A stretch of 64,000 nt of DNA from an uncultured Planctomycetota bacterium (GTDB lineage Bacteria > Planctomycetota > Planctomycetia > Isosphaerales > Isosphaeraceae). Position 1 is the stretch's first letter. Every line of letters starts with the position of its first letter. The position numbers and the translations under genes are program-made. This document shows positions 21,031-31,447 of this stretch, piece after piece. The notes beneath the pieces were generated by a model, which did no database searches, was not told where the DNA came from, and was given only the letters and a program-made list of their open reading frames with translations. The stretch is from the NCBI GenBank assembly GCA_963845755.1, contig CAWJTV010000041.1:544001-608000 (forward strand). Reading direction: 5' to 3'.

Positions 21031-21570
21031 TCAGCGGCCGAAGAACCAGAATCGCCGCGGCGTGCGCAGCCAGACGCGGCGATGTTCGCAGTCTACGGTA
21101 AGATGGAGCTTCGACCATTGCAGGCCCCGCAGACCCAGCAGCGGGAGGCGTGGAACCGCATGCATCCCTCGGGGATAGATCACAATCCCCTCTTCCAGTT
21201 GCAGCCGGAACGGTGGCCGATTCGCGAGCCGGTCCCGCTCGCCGAGCCGGTTGGGATGCAGCCACACCTCGGCTTCGTGGAGAGGGACGTTGTTGTTTCC
21301 GATGGTGACGTCGCGCAGCTTCCTCAGGTAGCGGCGGTCGAGCCCCGCCCACCGGTTCAGGTGCTCCTCTTGGATCGCGAAGTTGTGTGAGAGCCCGGTG
21401 TCCAGGACGACGGGAAAACGCGGAATGGCGAGATCGAGCTCGCGCTGGTGGAGGCTGGATATGCTCATCCAGATGATGATCTGGGTTGGCTTGACTTTTT
21501 CCTCCCTTCCTCGAACAAGGACCGTCGTTTGCCGGTTGAAGTAGGGAAGTCCGTGTAGGATGGTTGACAC
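21031..21570 (-). CDS. Retropepsin-like aspartic protease homolog
   Basis: FPVVLDTG catalytic motif and C-terminal LPLLGLRGL. Confidence 0.65.
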   Translation of the reverse strand: MSTILHGLPYFNRQTTVLVRGREEKVKPTQIIIWMSISSLHQRELDLAIPRFPVVLDTGLSHNFAIQEEHLNRWAGLDRRYLRKLRDVTIGNNNVPLHEAEVWLHPNRLGERDRLANRPPFRLQLEEGIVIYPRGMHAVPRLPLLGLRGLQWSKLHLTVDCEHRRVWLRTPRRFWFFGR

Positions 21571-21600
21571 ATCAGGCGTCCTGTCCTGGGAAATCGGCCC

Positions 21601-22563
21601 TCAGAAGTCGTACAGTTCTTCTTCGTCGATCACATCCTCAATAGGCGGCCCGATACCGAGGACCACTAATTCATCAAGACTCAGCCCGCGGTCGAGATAC
21701 TTGTGATAGAGCCCATGCTTTGTCTTGCCAATCTCCAGCCGTTCATCCCCGCGATACGCAGCCCACTGATACGGATACCGCTCCATCAGCGACTCCCACT
21801 CGCGATGATGCTTCTCGACCGCCTTACGAATCATCGGCGGAACTTCGATCGGATCCGGCGGTGGTGGTTCCTGGGGCGGCGGACTCGGCTGTTCGTCGAT
21901 CTCATCCTCCTCCGGCGGCCCGATGCCCAGGACCACCAATTCGTCTCGGCTCACTCCGCGGTCCAGGTACTTGCGATAAAGACCATATTTCGTCTTGCCG
22001 ATCTCCAGTCGCTCATCCCCGCGATAGGCGGCCCACTGGTACGGATACCGCTTCATCAGCTCTTCCCATTCGCGATGATGCTTCTCGACCGCCTTGCGGA
22101 TCATTGGCTTCACTTCGATATCAAGCAGCGATGACGGCCCCTCCTCCTGGAATTCGCAGAGAGGGTGATCGAGCGCGTCATGGTCCTCGGTGAGCGGTTC
22201 AATCTTTCCGGAGTAGTAGTCTTCGTTTTGCAGCCCGAGCTTCTCGACTTTTCGGAACAGCCTTTCCGGACTCCTCCAGATCCCGACCTGACGGTCACCG
22301 TGATAGAGCGCAAACCGGCCGTGCAGCCGCTTCCGAGCCAGTAGCCCGGGAAGGTCTCGCAAGAAGGCTTCTCGGGATCGTCGATTGCCTTCGGGAATGG
22401 AACCGGACTCAAAATGATCCGTAGCCGGCGCCGGCTTGATCCGTGCGTAGACCTCGGCCTTGAGCAAGACGTAGCTCGCGTGGGTTTCGGGGTCTTCGAG
22501 CCGGACCGGTTCGTCGCCGGCCTTCTCGATCTCCTGGCGTTGCTCGGCGGTGAGCGTGGTCAT
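21601..22563 (-). CDS. Protein with three DUF5678-like repeats, two from a recent 270-bp duplication
   Basis: YPYQWAAYRGDERLEIGKTK twice, plus GRFALYHGDRQVGI; DNA duplication at offset 270. Confidence 0.65.
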   Translation of the reverse strand: MTTLTAEQRQEIEKAGDEPVRLEDPETHASYVLLKAEVYARIKPAPATDHFESGSIPEGNRRSREAFLRDLPGLLARKRLHGRFALYHGDRQVGIWRSPERLFRKVEKLGLQNEDYYSGKIEPLTEDHDALDHPLCEFQEEGPSSLLDIEVKPMIRKAVEKHHREWEELMKRYPYQWAAYRGDERLEIGKTKYGLYRKYLDRGVSRDELVVLGIGPPEEDEIDEQPSPPPQEPPPPDPIEVPPMIRKAVEKHHREWESLMERYPYQWAAYRGDERLEIGKTKHGLYHKYLDRGLSLDELVVLGIGPPIEDVIDEEELYDF

Positions 22564-22682
22564 GACAGCCTCCCTCATGGCCAGTTTGGCAGCCTTCAGA
22601 GGATCAATACCAGGTTATCACGAGGGACGATCTCGTCAAAGCGGGCCGAGCTACGGGAGGTGTCGCGATGCATCGCCCCGCT

Positions 22683-23726
22683 TCAACGAGGCCGCCGCCT
22701 CTGGCCTCCGTTCGCGGGTTCGATGACCTCGAAGTCCTTCCCCTTGACCCGCCGGAGGTCATCGAGGCCCTGGATCCGGCGGTCGGGGGCGACGGAGAGC
22801 CGCCAGTCGCCTCCGTTGTCCGCGACGAACATCCCGTATAACTTGAGGCCCTTGAGGATCGCCTGAGCATGGGGAGAGAAGCCCGAGATGTCGAAGTCCT
22901 GGCGGAGTCGGAAGCGTTCGCCCATCCTCGGGAGGTTCACGTCGGTCTTGCGGCTGGCATGATGGGTTGCCGGGTAGACGTAGGCCCGCCGCGAGTTTCG
23001 GATCGTGAACCGCATGGCATGCTCGACCATGCCGCGCTCCAGCTCCTCGTAACGAATCACGGCCGGGAAGATGGGCAGACCGGCGGCGTCGGTTGACGTC
23101 CAGCCGTCGGGGCGGAGCTTGTTCGCGTTCAGGTCGAAGATCGAGGCCTGGGTCGCGACCCAGCCGGAGTTCGTCTTGCGCCCCTGGTAGAACTCGAAGA
23201 GTATCCCCTTGACCGGATCGACGACCAGCATGTGCCGGTCGCCCTCGCCTTGACGCTGGTGGACATCCAGTGGCTTTCCGTTGAGCGGCCAACCTTCGAT
23301 CGGCGCGTCGTCAGGGACCGGATAGGGCCCTGGGTCCGACTCATCGGGATAACCGTTGATCTTGACCGGCACCCGCTTCTGATCCGGCGGCACGAGGATG
23401 AACGCCATGTCCAGGTTGTAGGCGAGCGGCTTCTCCAGGCCGACGGAGGCGACCAGGTTCTTCGAGTTGGGATGAAGTGACCGCTTCGAGATATCCTCGT
23501 TCCATGGGTTGTCGGGAGGGAAGACTTGAAGGGCCGAGAGGATCTGATCCGCCGCCGGTGTGTTGAACATCACCGGCTGAGTGATCTGCGGCATCTGAGG
23601 ACGCTCGCGGCCGCTGGATTGGGTGCGCACCGCACCCGCCCCGATCAACTCCCGATCTCCGCAAATGAGGACGAGAGCCAGCATCGCGCAGAGGACGAAT
23701 GCGGTCTCCCTGGACAAGGGCCTCAT
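22683..23726 (-). CDS. Conserved secreted hypothetical protein
   Basis: Signal-like N-terminus; PWNEDIS, GDRHMLVVD, TSTDAAGLP, LKLYGMFVADNG. Confidence 0.75.
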   Translation of the reverse strand: MRPLSRETAFVLCAMLALVLICGDRELIGAGAVRTQSSGRERPQMPQITQPVMFNTPAADQILSALQVFPPDNPWNEDISKRSLHPNSKNLVASVGLEKPLAYNLDMAFILVPPDQKRVPVKINGYPDESDPGPYPVPDDAPIEGWPLNGKPLDVHQRQGEGDRHMLVVDPVKGILFEFYQGRKTNSGWVATQASIFDLNANKLRPDGWTSTDAAGLPIFPAVIRYEELERGMVEHAMRFTIRNSRRAYVYPATHHASRKTDVNLPRMGERFRLRQDFDISGFSPHAQAILKGLKLYGMFVADNGGDWRLSVAPDRRIQGLDDLRRVKGKDFEVIEPANGGQRRRPR

Positions 23727-23848
23727 GTTCCTCTCCTTTCCAGACCTCTCCGCGCCGTCAAGGTCGAGTCCCAGAGTGGCGAGCGGAGAAGTTGGGATTT
23801 GTTCTTTTCGTTCAACGGAAGAAATGCCGACTTCAAACCAGGGTTCGA

Positions 23849-24189
23849 TCAGGGCCGTAAGTGGTCAGCGAGTCTGGTGAGAAGGCGATTGAGTCGACTT
23901 CGGTCGATCTCTCCGATGACACCCGCGATCTCAGTGGGGTCGGTGGCATAGAGATAGCTCAGCCGGATGATCGAGGCCCTGTGCAGTCCACTCTGAGGAA
24001 AGTCATTGTCGCCTGGTTGGATCAGTTCGTCCCAGCCTGGCTGCTGATGTTGGAGTTGGGTGCTGATTCCACAAACAAGATGCGTTTGATAAGGGACCTG
24101 GCAGCGTGGACAACAGCAGCGCCGGTCTGAGCTTGGGTGCGCCCTGCGAACTGCGAGAGCGGAATCAGAACGACATCGCCGGCTTTCAT
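23849..24189 (-). CDS. PemK/MazF-like toxin (frameshifted)
   Basis: MKAGDVVLIPL at the ATGA overlap, PKLRPALLL and LVCGISTQ...SGLHRASIIRL...IGEI in shifted frames. Confidence 0.72.
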
Positions 24190-24392
24190 GGCTCGCGGCT
24201 CGGCTTGAGATCGGATTCGGTGTAATCCGGCTCATCGGGGCCGTAGGCTCGCGCAAGTTGGCCCTCTCCGAAGCGTCTCCATTCCTCGCGCTCATCCTCC
24301 GCGGCGAGGAAACGAGCAAAGTCAAGCAACTGGTGCAGTCGTTCCTCGGAGAGATCCTCCAACAGAGACTCGAGACCGGCACGTGCATTCAT
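24186..24392 (-). CDS. Putative antitoxin (DUF2281-like)
   Basis: 68 aa, LHQLLDFARFL and LARAYGPDEPDYT; coupled to the toxin. Confidence 0.7.
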   Translation of the reverse strand: MNARAGLESLLEDLSEERLHQLLDFARFLAAEDEREEWRRFGEGQLARAYGPDEPDYTESDLKPSREP

Positions 24393-24497
24393 GGGATTGT
24401 CTCCGGCGAGTTATGGTGAGTCCATGAGAATCCAAAGGTTCGATCGAGCCGCGGAAAGGCGTCTGACCCTCTTGGTCGCCGATCGCCTTCGACGCGT

Positions 24498-24950
24498 TCA
24501 ATAGGCTTCACTCTCTATCGTTGCTTTCGAGCCGTCGATCTCGGCATCCCAGAGGGGCGAGCTGGCCGCGGCGGCTCGACTCTTCCAACGCTCAGCGGCG
24601 TGAAAAACAGCCCGATGATGCAGAAAGACCGTGCCCAAAGTGAGGCGACTTGAAGACAGCGGAGCAACCCAAGATTGCCAGGAGCCTCGACAAGTGGGCA
24701 CAGGGAAACCATCGCGATCACAAAAAACCATTCGTCGCTTCCGCGGAGCGAATAAAAGGCCACCCCAGCAATGACGCCGATGAGAGACGAGACCAAGGCA
24801 AGTTGAGCAGCCTGGATGAGCGTCTCGCCGACGAAAAGCGCAAGAAAGATCGTCGCGACGATCCAACACATGGGCGCGTACAGTGGCAATCGCCCTGGCG
24901 AGATCGGCCCGCGTGAGGAGTTTGACCGCTGGTTGATTCTTGGTATCCAT
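24498..24950 (-). CDS. Hypothetical small membrane protein (frameshifted)
   Basis: Hydrophobic helices in the alternate frame; ends SPLWDAEID. Confidence 0.45.
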   Translation of the reverse strand: MDTKNQPAVKLLTRADLARAIATVRAHVLDRRDDLSCAFRRRDAHPGCSTCLGLVSHRRHCWGGLLFAPRKRRMVFCDRDGFPVPTCRGSWQSWVAPLSSSRLTLGTVFLHHRAVFHAAERWKSRAAAASSPLWDAEIDGSKATIESEAY

Positions 24951-25145
24951 CGTCGGTACTCACATGCGCCCTGGCCGACCGTCAGGCCAACCACATTTGA
25001 TCTTACCCGGTCCCTCGCCGAGGTTCCACCAGCCGCGAAAGATCCCCGGCAGAACCGCAGATTTGCCTCGATCGCTCGTGTTATGATGACGCGCGAGGTT
25101 GAAGCGATCGACCCGGTCAATGCCTTCCTCGAGGAGCAACCCGCT

Positions 25146-27150
25146 ATGCCCCCCGTTTCTCGACGTCACTTCCTCGATCTGGCCCTGGCGGCGCCGGCCG
25201 GCCTGGCGTTGGCATCGGCCGCACCAGTTTCCACCGGCGCGAACGCAGCGGACGTCCACCAGCAGCTCCTCGACCTGGCCGTGCGCCAGGAAGAACGGCG
25301 CCGCGCCCGGTTTGCGGCCGTCGCGTCGAAGGACGACCTGCATGCGCTTCAGGCCTCGCTCCGCGAGACGTTCCTCCGCCTGCTCGATGGCTTCCCCGAG
25401 AAGACCGGCACTCCACCACCGGTGCAGAAGACCGGGACCATCGAGGCCGATGACTACGTCATCGAAAAGCTGGCCTATGAGAGCTTCCCCGGCTATTTCG
25501 TGTCGGCATTGCTCTACAAACCCAGGACGGTCGCGTCGCCGAGGCCGGGCGTCCTCAGCCCCTGCGGCCATTCGACCAACGGCAAGGCCGCGGGGCCTTA
25601 CCAGACCTTGCACATCAACCTGGCGAGGCGGGGCTATGTCGTCCTGACGTACGACCCAGTCGGTCAAGGGGAGCGGAGCCAGTTCTGGGATGCCGCAAGA
25701 GGCCGCTCGCGGTTCAACCTGACCTGCGGCGAGCACGCCGTGCTCGGCAATCCGCTCTATCTCCTCGGCACCAGCCTGGCGCGCTACCGGATCTGGGACG
25801 GGATGCGCGGCATCGATTACCTCACGTCCTTGCCCGAGGTCGATCCAACCCGCATCGGTTGCGTGGGCAACTCGGGCGGCGGCACCCTGACCGCCTACAT
25901 TGCCGCCCTCGACTCGCGCGTGACGGTTGCCGCGATTGGCTGCTACATCACGACACTCCGGCGCCGGATGGGCAACCGGACTCAAGCGGACCCGTCCGCC
26001 GACCCCGAGCAGGACATCTTCGGCTTTGTCCGTGAGGGGATCGACCACGCGGGGCTCCTCGCCCTCCGTGTGCCCCGACCCACCCTGGTGGCCTCGGCGC
26101 AATTGGATTTCTTCCCCATCGAGGGGGCTCGCGAATCGTTCGCCGAGGCGAAGCGGCTTTATGAAGTCGCCGGTGCCGGCGATCGCGTCGCGATGGCCGA
26201 GTCCGCCGCGCGACACGGGCTCACCCTCCCACTCCGAACCGCGGTGTACGATTGGTTCGACCGCTGGCTCAACGGCCGGGAGGGCGAGCCTAAGGCATCC
26301 GAGGTCGCCGTCAAACCTCGGCCCGACAAGGAGTTGCTCGTCTGCCCCGACGGTCAGGTCAACGTCTCGCTCCGATCGCGACCGATGCTCCCTCTGGTCT
26401 GGGAGGAATTCGAACGAAAATCGAAGCGCGCCCCGAACCGCCCTCCGAGACCTGCTCGGCCTCGACCGCGATCAGGCAAGCCCCCTGGTCACGGAGATCG
26501 CGCGTGCTCCGAAGGTGGATCAAACCGTCGTCGTCTTGATCAACGGCAACGAGTCGCGCGGCTGGAACGAGGAGACCGAGTTGCTCAAAGCGCTCGAAGG
26601 CCGCGGCCATGTGGTCGTCGTGGTCGACCCGCGCGGAGTGGGCCAAAACCGTCCCAAGGTCTTCGCGCAGGCGCCCCACTACGCCGACCCGCTCAGTGGC
26701 GCGGAGGAGAACATCGCCTACAACGCGTTCCTCGTCGGCAAGTCTCTGCTGGGCATGCGCGTGGCGGACGTGCTGAAGGCGCTGGAAACGCTGATGGCCG
26801 GAAGGAAGCCGGGCCGGGTGGTCGTCTGCGGCCGTCACGACGCCGCGATCGTGGCCTGCCTGGCCTCGGCCGTCGATCCCCGGATCGATCAGGTCGCGTG
26901 CGAGGACATGCTGCTAAGCTTCCGCCCGCTCTTCGCGGCCGACGGTTTCCCGATCAACGCCGCCAGCATCCTGCCGGGCCTATTGCAGAAGTTCGGCGAC
27001 GTTGCGGACATCCTGGCGCAGATCGCGCCGAGGAAAGTCCTGGTCGCAGCAGGAATCGGTCAGGCGTCGCGGCTCTCGACGAACGTCCAGATCAACCCGG
27101 CTCGATTGAGCCAGGAGCCGCGACATCTGATCGATTGGATGGGAAGCTGA
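25146..27150 (+). CDS. Tat-exported acetylxylan-esterase-like alpha/beta hydrolase (frameshift near 26440)
   Basis: SRRHFL, LSPCGHS, YDPVGQGER, GCVGNSGGG; second hydrolase-like domain in ORF 25927..27150. Confidence 0.85.
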
Positions 27151-27322
27151 GGTTCGCGTCGCGAGCGGGTTACTTCGACACTTCTCGCCGAACACCACTC
27201 GGTTCATGAACCGACGAGCGGGATTCCGCGGCAACCCTTACGCCAAGGACCGCTGACGAAACAACTTCCCGAAAACCCGCTGGTAAGTACGAGTCTGTCC
27301 TGGAAGCCTCAATGGCCGTCTC

Positions 27323-27388
27323 GTAGGGTGCTCTGTGAGCACCGAATTCGGCAAAGTACACCGGATCGGTGCTCACAGAGCACCCTAC
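27323..27388. repeat. GTAG-type REP doublet (REPIN-like)
   Basis: Perfect 23-bp inverted repeat GTAGGGTGCTCTGTGAGCACCGA, each copy with an internal GGTGCTC/GAGCACC hairpin. Confidence 0.8.
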
Positions 27389-27463
27389 AAAGACCTTCCG
27401 AGATAGTCACTAAGTACCTCCGGAATCCGGGAAGTTATTTCGTCGGCATTCCAAGGCGTTAAG

Positions 27464-27635
27464 AGCAAAGCCCAGGGTCGCCGCAGGCGCACCCTGGGTC
27501 GGGAACTTCCTCCCCAGGCGAACCGGAGCGTCGGGCTGGGGAAACCCCGTTGGGGTGCGCCGGAGGAGAGGGAAACCGGAACTCGGTGGCGACTCGACGT
27601 TCCCAGGGTGCGCCTGCGGCGACCCTGGGCTTTGC
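27464..27635. repeat. Long palindromic REP-like element
   Basis: agcaaagcccagggtcgccgcaggcgcaccctggg vs cccagggtgcgcctgcggcgaccctgggctttgct. Confidence 0.8.
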
Positions 27636-27698
27636 TGTGCAACGCCGTTGGCGTAGAGAACTCTGTCGAACCGAGGTGGTGATGAGCGAGGAGTGTCG

Positions 27699-29024
27699 TT
27701 ACTTCGCGCACTTCCAGACCTGACTCCATGGGTTGTCGATCCCGATTTGAGTATAGGTATCACCCTCCACCTTGATCTTGAATTTGTGGCTCTTCTTGAT
27801 GTGGTCGGCCATATTCGCGGTTGCATAATCGACGGTCTCCGTGTACTGGTCGCCATCGAGTTTATAGGTGCCCCCATGATGTTCGACGACGTCGCCCGTT
27901 TTCGGGTCGGTCTGAGTGACCGCCCAATGTCTGCCGGTGAAGAACTTGAGGACGTTGACGGTCGGCGGTAATTGGCCGATCTTCTCCGGCGTTCCGACAA
28001 GAACCCAGGTACCGATGCACTCTCTGGCGAGCGGCGTGGGTTTCACCTGGCCGTCAGTAACGGGCGCGGTGCCCGCCTTGCCGGAGACCGCCGCGATTCC
28101 ACCGCTCGGCTCCTCGCCGGATTGCTGCCGCGACGCGAAGAGCCCGCCGGTCAACGCGACCAGAAAGATGGCCGAGATTACTATCGTGATCTGACTGTAT
28201 CTGGCACCGATCATCGTGAAAAGGACTCCTTCTGCATGGCGGACGACCGCTTCCGGGATGGCCTCGGCCGCCGCGGTTCCCCCGGCGGCGAACTGAGCCG
28301 CGGGTCGAATCGTGGACTCGATCAGGGTCGGCGGCACGACCGCCCGCGCCGACCTCAAATGTCCGTCAAGAACCAGCAGCACGGATGCCGGAGCCAGCCC
28401 GCGGCGGATCAATCGACCCCGCAGGCACTCCCGGCCCCTGGCCAGCCGGCTCTTGACGGTACCGACGGGACATCGCAACGAGCGGGCCGCCTCCTCATAG
28501 GTCCGGCCCTCCAGATCGCAGAGCACCACCGGGATTCGGTAGCGTTCTTGCAGACGGTTGACCTCCTCGTGCACGACCGAGGCCATGTCATCCCATCCGC
28601 TCTCGCTCCTCGCCTCCGACCCACGCTCGGCCGCCTCGCGCTCGGCCCGTCTACGGCGCTCGGAATCGCGACGGGCGTGGACCGCAACGCGGTAGGCGAC
28701 GCGATGGAGCCAGGGTCCCAACGAGTCCCGCACCCAGATCGAGTTGGCCTTGCGCAGCAGCACGAGGAACGTGGCCTGGAACGCATCGTGCGCCTCATGA
28801 TCGTCGCGGAGGATGGTCCGGCACGTGCTCAAGACGATCCCGCCATGTCGCTCGACCAGGAGGGCGAAGGCCGTTTCGGCAGAGTCCCCTTTGCGCTCCG
28901 CGAACCGCTCCAGCAACTCGCCGTCGGTCAGACCGGCGAACGTGCCAGCGTGGAAGAGCGTGCGGAGCGAGTCGTGAACCGTGCCGGTACGATGCCCTCT
29001 CATGATTCGAGTCCAGTCGGCCAT
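27699..29024 (-). CDS. ECF sigma-70 factor with TM helix and small C-terminal beta domain
   Basis: GLTDGELLERF, AHDAFQATFLVLLRKA, GTVKSRLARGR; start uncertain (29024 or 29003). Confidence 0.9.
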   Translation of the reverse strand: MADWTRIMRGHRTGTVHDSLRTLFHAGTFAGLTDGELLERFAERKGDSAETAFALLVERHGGIVLSTCRTILRDDHEAHDAFQATFLVLLRKANSIWVRDSLGPWLHRVAYRVAVHARRDSERRRRAEREAAERGSEARSESGWDDMASVVHEEVNRLQERYRIPVVLCDLEGRTYEEAARSLRCPVGTVKSRLARGRECLRGRLIRRGLAPASVLLVLDGHLRSARAVVPPTLIESTIRPAAQFAAGGTAAAEAIPEAVVRHAEGVLFTMIGARYSQITIVISAIFLVALTGGLFASRQQSGEEPSGGIAAVSGKAGTAPVTDGQVKPTPLARECIGTWVLVGTPEKIGQLPPTVNVLKFFTGRHWAVTQTDPKTGDVVEHHGGTYKLDGDQYTETVDYATANMADHIKKSHKFKIKVEGDTYTQIGIDNPWSQVWKCAK

Positions 29025-29191
29025 GATCGAAACGTCTATTCTATCAAAGCCACCGTGGGAGCCGTGTGTTCCATTTTTTCCAGAACTCGCGCATTTTGAA
29101 GTACGGGGATCGACGGAGACGGTCGAAAGCAAACTCTCCGGAGAAGTGGGAGCTACTTGTTCCGCGATCAATGGATGTCGGAGGCCGACCG

Positions 29192-31447
29192 ATGAATGAG
29201 CGCAGCTTCTTGCAAGCCGCGGCGCCGGGGCACTGGGTTCCGCGGCCGCTCGGACGCCGGCGCCGGGCGTTACTGATCCTGCTGGCGACCCTCGTCCTGG
29301 CCACGTCCGGATCGGAGCGGCTGATCGGCTTCGCGGGCCGCGTCCAGGCGGCGGAGCCGGCGGACGCCCCGCTGCCTCCCATCACGCCCAGGGACCTCGC
29401 CGCCAGGATCCGCGAGGCGATGAAGCGCTATGATGGCAAGGGAGTATTCCGGGTCCTGTTCACCGAGACGAGGGATACGAACTGGAAGCCGGACGGGAAG
29501 CCAATCCTGGTCACGTTCCACGGCCGGGCCCGATACGAGAGCGACGGTCGGTTCTGGCGCGCGGAAATCGACTCGATGTCAACGGTTTCCCTCTCGACCC
29601 GTCTGAATCCCGACCGATGGTCCACGGGATTCGACGGCGTTCAGCTTTATGACCGGCAGATCTCCCGCAACGAACTCATCCTCGGCGAGGCGCATTTCTC
29701 CGCCGAACAGTGGACGCCACGAAGCCTGTTCTGGAACCGGAGCGAGGAGTTGATCCAGCTCCTGGAAGAGACCAATCGGGACAAATCCTCGCTGGCGATC
29801 GAGCAACGGGTGGTCGATGGCCTGACATGTTACGTGGTCAAGGCCAGTAATCCGACTGTCGGTTGGGGAGGCGAAACCGTCGTCTCACCGAGGCAGGGAT
29901 ACCTTCTCATCCGCCGAATTCAGACCTGGAAGGGCAGGCCGACCACCACCTACGATCTTCACGACCTCCACGAGACCGTCCCCGGCCTCTGGGCGCCGGG
30001 TCGAATCGATTACGAGTCGCTCAAGTACGGCAAGGATGGAGCCGCGGGGATCGGCGATCGCCGTCGGATTCGCGTGGCGGCGTATCAGCCCGGCGCGGTC
30101 GTCCCGCCGACTGCGTTTGCTCTCGACATGCCATACGATGTGGATGTCGTGGATCGCCGGTCCGGCATCGCGTACCACAATGATCCCTGGTGGCCGGAAA
30201 TCGGGGGCATGCTCCGCGAGAAATACGACTGGCCGAAATGCGACCTCTCGCCACTCAGGAACCTGAGCAGTCCGTCCGACAAGAAGCTCGAAAACCGGCC
30301 GGCTCCTCCGCTCCACGTCGCCCGTTGGTTGAATTCCCAGCCCCGAGATCTCGCAGCCCTGCGAGGGAGGGTCGTCCTGCTCGAGTTCTGGAACACGGCG
30401 GATTCGTTCCGTCGCCCACTCATCGCCGCCTTGAAGAAACTCTATGTGACCTATCATCCCTCCGGGCTGGAGATGATCGCCATCCACGCGCCGACCGATG
30501 ACCCGGAAGTGATCCAGCGTTTCATCCAGGAGTACGGTATCGCCTATCCCGTGGCCATCGACTCGCCGGGGACCAGCTTCACGGGCGCAACGGCCGAGTC
30601 CTACGGTACCCGAGATGCGACGTATGCGTTTCTGATCGATCGCGAGGGGAAGGTCCATTCCCTCGGCACCGCGATGATCAACGGCGGCCAGATCATCGAG
30701 ACGCTGATCCCGCTCATGAAAGAGGCGGGGGCCGGAGACGTGCAACCGATCTCCCGCGAACCTTTTCTCATATCCCACCTCCCAGACGAGGCGTATGGAT
30801 CCTGCGACCGTCTCTTTAACCAGAAGGCCAGGGAGGCGCTCGAGGCCAATCCCACCGGGCAGATCCGCTGCCGGATTGTCGACGGGCAAGGCCATCCCAT
30901 CGACGGCACGAAGGTCCAGGCGACCCTCCACCTTACGATTCTGGCGATTTCGACCCCGGGGTCCTATTATTCCGCCCACTATCGCCAGCCGCTCGACCGG
31001 TTTGGTGGCACGAGCGGCCCGGATGGTCAGCTCGTGCTCCAGGGTCTTTGCAAGGGCGTCTACAAACTCAAGGCCGAAGCACCCGGTAAGTCGTGGGTTG
31101 AGCGAAAAGCAATCCTGACGCCGGCCCTCGATCCGGTCGAAGTCGAGTTTGTCCTGGATCAGGGTGGCACGATCGCCGGCCAGGTCCGAGATGATAACGG
31201 TCGCCCCATCGCGGGTGCGAGCGTCCATCGCGAGCAACGTCATCACTACGAACGCGGTGAGTTTCGGTACAGCACCGGCCCGCGATTGGACTCGGTGAAG
31301 ACCGACGCGGAAGGACGCTTCGAATTCTCGGGTGTGCAGGAAGGACGCTACACCTTCAAGATCGAGGCACCCGGGTTCGAGTCCGTCGAGACGGAGCACA
31401 TCCCCGCCGGGACCAAGGATGTTACGATCAGGCTCAAACCGCGCTGA
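29192..31447 (+). CDS. Exported protein with TlpA/redoxin-like and carboxypeptidase-regulatory-like domains
   Basis: LRGRVVLLEFWNT, YGIAYPVAIDS, FLIDREGKV, GQVRDDNGRPIAGA, TDAEGRFEF. Confidence 0.8.
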   Translation: MNERSFLQAAAPGHWVPRPLGRRRRALLILLATLVLATSGSERLIGFAGRVQAAEPADAPLPPITPRDLAARIREAMKRYDGKGVFRVLFTETRDTNWKPDGKPILVTFHGRARYESDGRFWRAEIDSMSTVSLSTRLNPDRWSTGFDGVQLYDRQISRNELILGEAHFSAEQWTPRSLFWNRSEELIQLLEETNRDKSSLAIEQRVVDGLTCYVVKASNPTVGWGGETVVSPRQGYLLIRRIQTWKGRPTTTYDLHDLHETVPGLWAPGRIDYESLKYGKDGAAGIGDRRRIRVAAYQPGAVVPPTAFALDMPYDVDVVDRRSGIAYHNDPWWPEIGGMLREKYDWPKCDLSPLRNLSSPSDKKLENRPAPPLHVARWLNSQPRDLAALRGRVVLLEFWNTADSFRRPLIAALKKLYVTYHPSGLEMIAIHAPTDDPEVIQRFIQEYGIAYPVAIDSPGTSFTGATAESYGTRDATYAFLIDREGKVHSLGTAMINGGQIIETLIPLMKEAGAGDVQPISREPFLISHLPDEAYGSCDRLFNQKAREALEANPTGQIRCRIVDGQGHPIDGTKVQATLHLTILAISTPGSYYSAHYRQPLDRFGGTSGPDGQLVLQGLCKGVYKLKAEAPGKSWVERKAILTPALDPVEVEFVLDQGGTIAGQVRDDNGRPIAGASVHREQRHHYERGEFRYSTGPRLDSVKTDAEGRFEFSGVQEGRYTFKIEAPGFESVETEHIPAGTKDVTIRLKPR

